Below are positions 26,969 through 37,840 of a stretch of DNA of 64,000 nucleotides, one piece after another. The position numbers and the translations under genes are program-made. The DNA is from Vicugna vicugna (taxonomy: Eukaryota). The notes beneath the pieces were generated by a model, which did no database searches, had not been told where the DNA came from, and worked only from the letters and a program-made list of their open reading frames with translations. How positions within the stretch are numbered: position 1 is the stretch's first letter; each line of letters starts with the position of its first letter. The stretch is from NCBI GenBank assembly GCA_013265495.1, contig MU058584.1, forward strand, positions 2,608,508 to 2,672,507, given 5' to 3'.

Positions 26969-28182
26969 GTCTAGAACACCACGATGCCCTGTGCAGCCCA
27001 TCGGTCACAGCCGCCTCCCCACTGAAGGCCTCTGGCACCCCCCTGAGCTGCCCTGAGCTGGTGCCTGCAGCCCAGGCTTTGCAGAAGGGGCTGTGGCAGG
27101 CAGAGTGACCCTCAAGTCCTTGCTCAGCAGCCCCAGGTGTCCTCCTTTGCCAAGTGGCTGGTTGGGCTCGTTGGATTTTAGGCAAATACTAGATGTTAGT
27201 TTCAGCTCTGCTCATGGGTCCTGGGGGTGAATTAAGCTTCAGTGTCCCCAGTGAGGTAGGTACATGCTATCAGCCTCATCCCACACTTGCAGATACTGAA
27301 GTTCAAGAGCAGAACTGACTTTCCCAGTGCTACCCAAGAGCCACATGTCCACATTTCAAGGAAAAGCCAAAGAGTCTAGGCTTTAAGTTCTTGAAGGACA
27401 CGATCAGGGATTGTTCTGTCCCTTCAAAGCCCAGTGGTTCAACCTCAAACAGCAAGAATCCACGGGTGAGGGCTGTCAGCCACACAGAGTTGCTCTCCAG
27501 ACTTCGATGACACTCTCTGAAAACAGAACTGACTCAAGCACTCAAAGCTACGGGCCTCGGTGGAGCAGCTCTCACTGCCCTGCCCACAAATCTCTTCCTA
27601 CTAAAAATAAAGTTTATAAAAGTAAATTATCTCGTTTTATAACTTAAGTGCATCAAGCATTTCCTTAAATATAGTTCACACTGAAAATAAAGTTACTTTC
27701 TGCTGTACAGTTGGTGTCTGTTATAATTAGGAATAAACTTTGATGATAAAGTTTGAAAGGTATATCACACTCACGCACACATCTATCTATCTGTCTGTCT
27801 GTCTGTCTATGGGTGTGTGGATGGGTAGACATATGCACCTCTCGACAAGAGCTTCCCTCAAAATGGGAGGAAGCTGTTAGGAGTCTCTAGGTACCTAGTT
27901 TGCATGAGAATGCCTATATTAAAAGTCCCTGTCCTTAAGGATAAACTCATCTTCATACCTAACACTAAGACTCTTATTAGAAACATTAAACTATGCAATC
28001 CGTAATGTATTCAGTCTTTGGAAATGCCGAGCTACACCACAGCATGATACAACAGCATCCCCGACAAAACTCCCTGCCCACCCTACCTCTTCCCTGGCCT
28101 CCCCTCCAAAAGCCAGCCGACCCCTCACATCACACGGCTGGTTCCATCACGGGAGCCTAGCCACAGGACTTGAGGGGAGGAC

Positions 28183-28343
28183 TCAAGAGGTGAAGTAAGA
28201 ATTCTGCATGGAGTACAGGTGGTCGATGGGGTTCCCCACTCTGGGCTGCAGGGGCCCAGCTTCGGAGGTTGCTAGGAAACAGTCACCCAGGTTACTGAGG
28301 GAGGTGTCGTCACTATCCAGGTCGTGGAAAAGGGGCTCCGCAC
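28183..28343 (-). CDS. LMX1A: LMX1A terminal coding exon (161 bp incl. TGA): (G)[52 protein letters not shown]
   Basis: Acceptor atttcAG (28344-28345), stop TGA at 28185-28183. Typical LMX1 C-terminal motif NPIDxLYSMQxSYF. Confidence 0.97.
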
Positions 28344-30264
28344 CTGAAATGGAGATGAAAGACAAGCATGAGGGTCTGGGAGAAGCAGACCCACTTGGCG
28401 CTCGGGAAATGCAACTGAACTCAGCAAGTGGGTCTGAGCATCTCCCCCCAACCCCCGGGGGGGGGGTGGAGGGGAAGCTTTCCACTGGGTGCTGGGCGGG
28501 GGGTGGAGGGTAGGGAAGAGCTACACAGAAGAAGAGGAAGGACCATAAACCCTGTCCACAAAAGATCTCCGGTCTCCTTAGGGGGCTCAGGTCTAAAATG
28601 CAACAGCTGAGAATGACCTGAACTGGGTAGGAGACCACACGATGCTAAACTGAGTGCCGAAAACGCAAATGTCAGCATGTTTAACCGGTGAGGGTGGGGA
28701 GCGGGCAAGACACAGCACCACCGGCTGGAGAGACAGGGGCAGGGCTCTGAGAGCTCTCTGGCCAGGAAAATGGTTCTTGAAGGAAGGACGCTAAGGAAAC
28801 AAACACCAGCTCTGTGAAGGATGCTCATGAAACCTCCAGTGATAACACTTGTCCCTTCTAACAGCACGCATGTCCCCAGATGTGTGCTGTGAAGGGAAGG
28901 CAGGTTAGGTGCCCACGCTCAACCAGTGTACATTTCTGACAAAGAAACTGACAGGGTCAATGGAGGAGCAGCTGGGGGACCGCCACGACCAGGACCTGGA
29001 GGCTGGTACATTCCACCTCCACTTTAAGTAAACGGGAGAGATGAAAACCACAGTTTAGAAGGTGTGTCATGTGGTTGTAATTCATTTTACTAAAGGCTGC
29101 TTCACAGGAGTCCTTTATGTAACAAGACCCCCAGGACTCTCAAGATGTAAGAATTTGCAAAAAAAGTCCTTTGCCCTGTTTCTGCACAGCCATGGAGTGA
29201 AGACAGGTACAGGGAGTAAAGGGGATGGGCTGTGACTGGAGCGCACGCATATACATCCACGTGAGCATGCATGAAGGAGGCTGGCTGGTGAAGTCCCTGC
29301 AAAGGGCCAGCTCTTGATAAATGTTTGCTGAATGCATCATGTGGGAAGACAGGGCTGACTTTACCAATAGAAATTTTTTTTCAATGAAGGCCAAAAAGAA
29401 GTTGACAAAATTTGTGAGCTGAGCTGTGTATCTCTGATACTGACATTCCAGAGGCTCGTTGAATAAAGCTTTGTGTTTAGCTATCAGGGTTACTGACTGC
29501 ACATTTCACAGCACAGATGAATGAATCACATAGGCCACTTCCCTTCCCTGTATACAGATGCAGCGGCCTCCACTTGGCCCTGAGACTGAACTTCAGCCTC
29601 CCACACCAGAGCCTGCCCACCGCATCAGGGTGCCCAGGCCCCAGCTTGTGTCCATCAGCTTAAGCAGCAAGCCGGGCAGGCTGGGGGCCTCAGCTGTCCC
29701 TACACTCGGCATTTAAAGCATCCCGCACTTGGCTGGGACAGGACTGGAGAAAGGGTACTCTTCACTTCACAAGTCAGTTTATGTTCCAGGAATTATATCA
29801 GAACACCTACTAGTATCGACAACAGGATAGTCCACATAGAACACTTGTTTTCTCTGCTTTTCTGTATATTTTTTTCTTATGTAAGAGTTTGCTTAATTAA
29901 GGCCTCAGCCTAGACCACTGATATTGCCTGTGAATGTGTAAGTGTGGTTCCTGGTGTGAAATGGAAGACTTGAGAAATTCAATCCCGACAGACAGGTCTG
30001 CAATGAACACGGAAGCTCCTATTCAAACGAACAAAGAAGCAGCTTTGAAGAGGAGAATAAATGGAAACACTACTAATGGATGTGTGTGCTGGTCTTTCCT
30101 CTGTAGCCATCGGTTAGGTGATTCTAGCAGTATCTTGTGGGACACTTACTCTGCTCTGGAATTTCAGTGAGCATGTAGGAACCGTGTAGAGGTGCCTGGG
30201 TGGAAACAAAAAACTCACGCAAGCAAGTTGTGCAAGGTGCCTGTGGGGCTTGAGTCCCTCTTAC

Positions 30265-30435
30265 CATAGGGGTGCATGTGGTCTCCAGGCATCTGGGGTG
30301 GGGTGAGACCCTGTCGGAAGGGATCTGAGCTGTAGACGCTCTGCTCGATGGCCAGGAGCTGCTGCGGGGTGGGCAGCGCTGTGTAGGGGTTCATGATCCC
30401 TTCCATCCCAGCGCTCCCGCCACCATTTGTCTGAG
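30265..30435 (-). CDS. LMX1A: LMX1A coding exon (171 bp): (A)[56 protein letters not shown]
   Basis: Acceptor cccacAG (30436-30437) after a pyrimidine tract, donor GTaaga (30263-30264). Phase 1/1. Confidence 0.97.
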
Positions 30436-32379
30436 CTGTGGGACAAAGAAGAAGAAAGATCATTCTCCACATGCAGCCCAGCATCCCACTCTGGGAGGGA
30501 GGGGCACAGAACTCTCCCCACTGGCTGGTGGCCACCCAAGTTGTGTGACCATGGCTAGATCTCTGGCTTCCTGGATCTTGATTTCCTCATTTGTAGAATG
30601 GAAAGGTTGAGGTGACATCAGTGGTTCCCAGCCTGCGTCCTACCATGGGCCATTGGGGATCACCTTGAAGGATAAGGATGTCAGGGAGCTGAACTTGGAG
30701 AGCTTCTTTGAACTATGTCATTGAAACAAAAGCACTTGAATGCTACCCACTGGTTTGGCAGCCACTGGAGTGGATGCATCTAGAGATCCTTCCAGCATCT
30801 TCCCACTAGGAGCCCATCAGTCAAGAGAGGTTCACGACCCAGCCGACTTCATGGAGCCAATATGAAGACTCCAGGAGATTGTGTGTATGTGCTGTAGAAC
30901 CTCAACTTGCTACACTTGTACATAGAGTTTTATCAGAAAAGGAGGACTCAGTTCCTGCGTCCAAATCTGGCTATGGTTTTCTGAACATGGGGTCCGTTAA
31001 CTCTCAGAGATTTTATCTTCCACCAGCTTCTGCCTTCTTGAGTCTACCCTAGGAGCTGTCTGTAGAATTCTTCAGAGTTCCAAACACTAGGAGTTTGTGA
31101 TCTCATAATGCCTCATTGTGTTCTTCTCTCTTTGAGTGTGTTGGCCTATGGGAGTCAACTTGCTTGTCCTGTCCTAAAGTCCTCTCATATCTGTGACCCT
31201 TTTTGAGGTTCAGAGGGCTGTGAGATGGGACCAGCAGGCACTATTACCCTACCCTAGGGATGCAAGCCTGAGGCACAAGGAGGTGGAAAGGCAGGTCTCA
31301 GAGCAAACAGCACTGCAGGTGGAGCTGGGGCAAATTCAGGTCTTCTGACCAGTGTAGGGCTCCACCCTACCCCAGCGCTCACGTCCTTGCTTTATGTCTC
31401 TCCGTGAGCATCTATCTTGCTATTGAAATAGTATTTGGCCTAGAAGATGAGAAGCTAAGGGAACTTTTGGCTGCAAGAGTCAAGTTCTAGATTGAGCCTA
31501 GCTATCAGGCACAGGGTGAGGTCCACGTGAGATAAGGGGCTCTTTAGGGGCCAGACACCACTGACACATTCCACAGCCTTCTACGCATGGTCCACAGGCC
31601 AGCAGCAGTGAGAGCTTGCTAAAAATGCAGAATCTCTGGGCCCACCAAGGACTTAAGAAACAGAATCAATACTTTACCAAATAATCAGGTGATTTAGGTG
31701 CACGTTAAAGGGTGAGAACTCCTGCTCTAGGGCACAAACAAACCACTCAGGAAGTTCTGCTGGATGGACAGCTGAGTTGGGGAACAGATCCCTTTAAGGA
31801 TGACATTGTCCTAACAGAGTTATCCTTGCTTCTTTCCTTGTAACTTCCTTGAAGGGTCCCACAGGCTGCCCCTCTTCACACTCTCCCCAAACCTCACACC
31901 GCCTCTGTTAAAAACAACAAATGAAGGTACATGGAGGTAAGGGTGAGTCCAGGCAGCATGGCCCAGTGGAACTTAGAACCAGAGAGACGGGGTCCAGTCC
32001 CAGCTCTTTTATTGATCTAGGACAGTGGCTGGTCTTGAAGAGCCTCTGTGTGCTCATCTGTAAGATGGAAATGTTAATAACTTCTCTGCTCCCCTCGGTG
32101 GCAGGGGGTGCTTTGAGTCAGGTCAGCACGTGCGGGAGCAAAAGTGCTCAACAAAGGAGGGCATTTTTATTTCCCTATCATTATTCTGACTGCTTTCTGT
32201 TATTCTGGGAAGGGGTAAGTCACAGTGGCGTCTTCTATTAAATTGATTTGTCTGGAAGAAGGAGGGCCAGGCAGGATGAGAAACTGGGCGTGTGTCTGAG
32301 TCTGCAGGTCGTCCAGACGCAGTGCCCTGACACTAGGGAAGGGTCCGGGAAAGGGGGCCTGGGACGAGGTTAGTGCCAT

Positions 32380-33130
32380 CTCCAGTCTGCTGTTCTGGGC
32401 AGGTGCCCTCGGCCCGCTCACAGTTCTCATGGTTCCGTCCCTCCCGGCAGGTCCCATCTCCCAAGCGGGTGTGGACTGGGCTTCCTGGAGCCCAGAAACG
32501 TCATTCCAAGGTCTTTGGAGGCCTCTGGCAGGAGAGGCGAGGGCGGCGGCGGCGAGGCCGGGCCGGAGCTCCCGGGTGCTTACCGGAGCTCAGCCTCTGG
32601 CTGTTCTGCTGGTCCTGCTGCTGCTGCTGCTGCCGCCGGGCTAACTTCTTCATCTGACGAGGAGAGGAGCGCAGGGTTAGAAGGCAGGTGGCCCGCAGCA
32701 GGTTCCCGGGGCGAGGCAAGGGAGAAATGGCTTGTGGGTAAAGTGGAGGGACCCCTTCCCCGGCTTTTACTCAGGAGAGGAACCAGGGAACCACGCTTCA
32801 GGAGCAGCGGCTGAGGGCTTTGCACATCTGCCCGCGGACTGACAGCTGGCGGGGGGTGGGGCGCGGAGCACAGCGCGGCTGGTCTTAGCAGAAACAGAGA
32901 TTTCCTCTCCGCACATAAAACGTGCCGCTTATGTTGTGACAGTTTTATGTGCGGCATCAGTGAGGGGGTGTGGGGTCTGCAGCCCGGCTCAGATGTGCAG
33001 CCAGGGCCTGCTGACAGGGTGTGATGATTTGGGATGAGTCAGGAGGCTGATCCTCCCCCCGACCCCGTCACTCCCCTATCTGCTGGCCCTCGTGGCCGAG
33101 ACACCGACCAGGAGATGCGCGCCTCCGGAT
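32380..33130. promoter_or_regulatory. CpG-rich region around the poly-Q exon
   Basis: Locally elevated GC and CpG (e.g. ggcggcggcggcgaggccgggccgg). Confidence 0.5.
32584..32653 (-). CDS. LMX1A: LMX1A coding exon (70 bp): MKKLARRQQQQQQDQQNSQRLSS
   Basis: Acceptor tcgtcAG (32654-32655), donor GTaagc (32582-32583). Phase 0/1, in frame with the neighbouring exons. Confidence 0.97.
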
Positions 33131-34057
33131 AAGGAGCTGGTCTCCCAAAGCACCCTGTTAACACACAAATTTCCCAGGAGGAACATTTCAACCCCATGTT
33201 TCTCAAACTGTGTGCTGTGAAACAGCAGGGTTCTGTAAGACATTAATATAAACTTTGAGTGTGTGTGTGTGTGTGTAGGAAATACTAGATTTAAAAAACA
33301 AATTCTTTACTGCAAGACTTCTCAGAGCTTCAAATATGCTCTCTGCTTTAAGAATCCATAGCTTATATAACCTCTTAGGATCTTCCCATGAAAGGACCAT
33401 GGCACACACATCAACAGCCCTGGTCTGAGGAGTTCAGCTGGGGAAATGCCACCTTAACCAACATGATCGGCTAATGAGATAGGAATTTATCACCCACTGA
33501 AGATGAGGGCTCTAGAGAAATGGGCCACTAACACACGCACGTGGAGGGGGCAGGAAAATGTATGAGTAAAGGTCTCAAATAAATAAAAGACCACGGCAGG
33601 GGGGACACAGACCTGGGGGGACCCAGAGGACAACGTGATGGTTTGGGCGTATAACAGGGAGGGGTGGGGCACTGGGAAAGGTGAGGAAGGACTTCCACTC
33701 CACGTGCCACAATGTTGTCTTAGACTAATCACATGGGTGCTTTGTAGATTTCTTTCTGAAATTTAAAAGGAACTCTGGTATCTGGGTTAAATGAATATGA
33801 ATTTAAGAACCCGCTTTTACCAAAAGACACAAGAAGGGTATTTCTTCATGCAGACGGCTGCCCAGATTGACAGTCACGGCCACTAGGAACATAACAGCCA
33901 TCTCACAGAAACAAGTGCCCTGCCTCTCCGCCTCTGCAGGGCTGCTGCGGCCGAAAGGACCGCTGATCACAGAATTTCTGAATCAGGAGAACTACTCCGT
34001 TTGATGCATTGAGGTTAGAAAACCTGCCGGGAAGTACAGTGTCCGGCTACTGTTTCA

Positions 34058-34246
<189 letters not shown>

Positions 34247-36155
34247 CTACGCAGCGTGCGGAGAGGCCAACGGGCCACGTCTTGCATAGCGGCTGGCTGG
34301 CGTATAACGTCCAGCAAAATCCCAAACACAAGAACGTTGCTTCCCTTCAGGTGGAGAGAAAGCCCTTCTCCTGGTAGACAGGGAGAGGAAGACACATTAA
34401 CATAGATGTGTCTTCCGAGATGTACTTTTCCTGGGTTTCTACCTCTGGAAATTAGGCCTTCAGGTGGTTGTTAGATATTAGCAAAATTTGTTTTTATGTC
34501 TTAGCTGTACGCCAGGCATGTGCATTAACCTTCTGAAGGAAAACAGGGTGAAAATCATCTTGCAAAAAGCACATGGTTCTCCTTTGCACTCTTCTTCTAA
34601 TTTAATAACTAATAACTAATTTAATTGCTGACTTAAATTTCTGGTTTTGTCCCTCATAGCTCCAGGTGACTTTGGGTGTTTCATGAAAACTCGTATTCAC
34701 TGTGAGCCCTGCCCAAAGGGAATAAGACAAGAGCCATCGGGGATCCGACAGAGCAAGGCAGGCACGCTGACGCAGGCACGCGCACCGGGGAGGTGCAGGG
34801 ACAGGACATCGGGAGCCCACTGTGAAGAGATGTCTTTAAACGTCTCCCCTCCAAACAGGCGCACGGTGAGGGGCTGGCAAGGTGGCTAGAATGGAAGAGG
34901 GAAGAAGCACAGACTTCCAGAGACTGGCCCGGCGACGCCCTGCCCCTTCTTGGTTAGATTCTGGGGAGGATGTGAGACCAAAGGAGCTCCTTGAATAAAC
35001 ACGTGAGTAGAGCAAGCTGGAGACCTTGGGAAGTTCTCACCTTTATCATGCCACTCGGACTGAGGGTTAGGAGAAGGGGGCTGAGTAGAGCAGATTTTTT
35101 TTGAAGCACATCTTTCTGCTAAGCCAACTGAAACAGCAGTGTGCCCAGGGGCCCACGGCCACCTGCTGAAACCCTATCCGTCCTTCGGAGGCCCCTCTCA
35201 AAAGCCACCTGTTCCACAAAGCCCTGCCTGAGTCCCCAGACAGAAGTGACGGCTCCCTTCCTGCACCTCCTGGCTGCCCCCATTCTGGTCCTCAGAGCTC
35301 TCTCCCCCATGTTCCAGGGTACACACATCTCCTCCACTGCTGGTGGCCTGGAGGCTGCCTGGGGGACAAACACTGGGCACCAGCCATACAGAGTCTGGGA
35401 GTTTAGTACACAGAGAACAGTTAAACCAATGAGGGAAGTGGTAATTCATCCTTGTTTGGGGCTATTTTACTACTTTGGGGCTACACCAGCTCCTGCCCTG
35501 GAGCTTAGAGGGCAGAGGGGGCAGGGAAAGGAAGAGTTCTGTAGGTGAATCTTTTCAAAAGTCAGAAGTGGTGGGAGACTATTATGGCTCAGCAAATGCC
35601 CATCCTTCCCGCCCCTGCTCCCTGGAGGCAGGTATGCGTTCCCCGTGTCCTCACAGTGGGCTCATCAGCCACAGGACTTGCTTTGACCCCCGGAGTGTGC
35701 GTGCACGTGAAGTGTGTGGTACCCCAGGAGAGATTCTCGATGGGCTGGTCCAGTGGGACTTGGCCTCTTGCCTTCTGCCGTGGTCACAAGGCCAGCGTGC
35801 CCCGGGTGGCCCTGCTCCTTCGGCCTGGACCCTGTCATGAGAGGCAGGTGGGCCAGGCCTGCACCGGAGCCCAGCTGGGTCACAGCCACCCCACAGCCCG
35901 GGAGCAGGAAATGAATGCTTGTCGGGAGCCACTGAGATTTTGTTTGTTGTCACAGCAAAAGCTGATTCATACGCAGAGGGATGCAGGGAAGACAAGGCTA
36001 AACGACTTAAAATGTGTTTCTTCTGTGAATCTCAATTTAATGTCAAGAAAGCTTTCTTTTCTTATTTTTCTTGCATAAAAGACAGTACCCAGCATACTCA
36101 GTACCCTGCTGTTAGTCAATAAATGGTAGATACGTAGGAAGTGGATGCAGGTATT

Positions 36156-36700
36156 TGTGGCAGAGATTACTAATCGTCCCCAGTATCCATTCTCTCCTTC
36201 CTCCCATTAGCAATTTTTTTTTAGGTGGGGAGGAAATTGGGTATTTGTTTATTTATTCATTTAGTGGAGGTGCTGGGGATTGAACCCAGGACCTTGTGCA
36301 TGCTAAGCACATGTTCTACCACTGAGCTATGCCCTCACCCCCATTAGCAACTGAATCCCCAAGTTTTAGCCAGGTATGTGGTCACCCAGGTAGACTCATT
36401 TCCCCGGTCCCCTTGCAAGAGGTGCAACCACTGGATTATGTTTTAGCCAATACATATGAGTGAAAGTCATGCTAGAAATCCCAGGGTATGTCCTTTAAAA
36501 GGCAGCTGCTTGCCATCTCCCCACCACTCCCTCTTGGTCCACCATGGCGGCTGGAAAAAAATGGTGACATCTGGAGCAGTCCCTTGGACCCATGTGACGG
36601 ATAAGAGAGCTGCTAGGCCAGCCTTGGACTGCTCACTCCTGGACTGTGACATAAGAGCGAAATAAACTCCTAACTCATTAAGTCACAGTGGTTTGTTTTT
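36156..36700 (+). mobile_element. MaLR solo LTR (MLT1-like), interrupted by a SINE
   Basis: tgtggcagagatt...tccattctctccttc start; gtgacataagagcgaaataaactc near the end. Confidence 0.65.
36214..36339 (-). mobile_element. tRNA-derived SINE (vic-1-like) inserted in an MLT1-type LTR
   Basis: Same head sequence. TSD cccattagcaa at 36203-36213 and 36340-36350. Confidence 0.85.
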
Positions 36701-37240
36701 CTTTTTTTACACAAATGTTCACAGCAGCCCAAACTGGAAACAACCCAAATGCCCATCAACAGGTGAACGGACCAACAACCCATGGTAGATTCCTGGAAGA
36801 CCATTCAACAACAAGGTATGGATGAACCACAACATGGATGAATGCCCAAATCACCAACTCAGGCAGAACAAATCAGACGGAAAAAGAAGACGTGCTATAA
36901 GCCACTTTCTATTCTGCTGTAGCATCTTGGCTTATAACCCACTGGAACCTCTCAGTATTCTTCCCACTGTTCTCCATGAAATGGAAAGTGTAAATAAGTT
37001 GGAGTAAGCCAGCTGGAGTGGATATGCATCCACAAAAGCACAGGGGGATTCCACTGCAGCCCTGGCCACAGTTTCAGTGATCCCTGGAGTCTCCAGCGGG
37101 GCTCAAGTCGCCTGCACAGACTCTGGCTGAACAGCATCTCTCTCCCTGACCCCCCAAGTGCCCATCGACACCCCACAGGAGCCCAGGGTGCACACAGAGA
37201 AGTGGGGCTAGTCCCCTTCCCCTCCCTGCGCCCCCCGTAC

Positions 37241-37413
37241 CTTCCGGCATGGCTTGGAGGATACTTCAAATGAGGCCTTGAACGCTCTCCTCTGCTGGGT
37301 TGTCAAGATGGTTCTGGGACGTTTGGGGCGCTTATGGTCCTTGCCGTCCTCAGTGGCTCCCTTCCCTGCCCCGTGGGCTGACTTGCAAAGACTTTCTTCA
37401 TCATCACTTTTGC
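37241..37413 (-). CDS. LMX1A: LMX1A coding exon (173 bp): linker and N-terminal homeodomain, (G)[57 protein letters not shown]
   Basis: Translation inside ORF 37208..37453(-). Acceptor ctttcAG (37414-37415), donor GTacgg (37239-37240). Starts in phase 1, ends in phase 0. Confidence 0.97.
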
Positions 37414-37649
37414 CTGAAAGAAGCGGAAACCATGCTGAGTCCCTCCAGGCCACTTCCTGGAGTTGTGTGTTGTTCTATAACAAGACACTCGGGTCCACGT
37501 TCCGAGCATCACTTTAGATATGAGTGCAGCAACCTGCGTGGTACTGATCTGAATGCCCCTAGTAAAGGGCTAAGGAAAAATACCCTAAAATTGAGACACA
37601 GGAACCAGAAAGGTCACCACTGCAGTTCAGGACCATCTCCCAGGATGGG

Positions 37650-37840
37650 GCCCTAGCTCCACATTTACTAGCTGTGTGACCTTGGGCAAGTGACTCCACT
37701 CTCTGTGGCTCAACTTCCTCACCTGCAAAATCAGGATATAGGAGAACCGACTTCATTGAGGTGTCCATGAGGATCGAATGCGTTTGCCAACAAGGCACTC
37801 AGAAGACTGCTTCGTGTATATAAATACCCAGTTAGTATTA
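37650..37840 (+). mobile_element. MIR SINE
   Basis: tagctgtgtgaccttgggcaagtgact...cctcacctgcaaaat core. Confidence 0.75.

Larger units (their letters stand above)
26170..28182 (-). other. LMX1A: Probable LMX1A 3' UTR (~2 kb)
   Basis: Runs from the stop codon to the candidate ATTAAA signal; contains AU-rich blocks. Endpoint is inferred. Confidence 0.6.

Noticed and set aside
32373..32957. Overlapping ORFs with poly-Ala, poly-Leu and poly-Cys
   Set aside because: Alternative frames and strands of the CAG repeat in the LMX1A exon.
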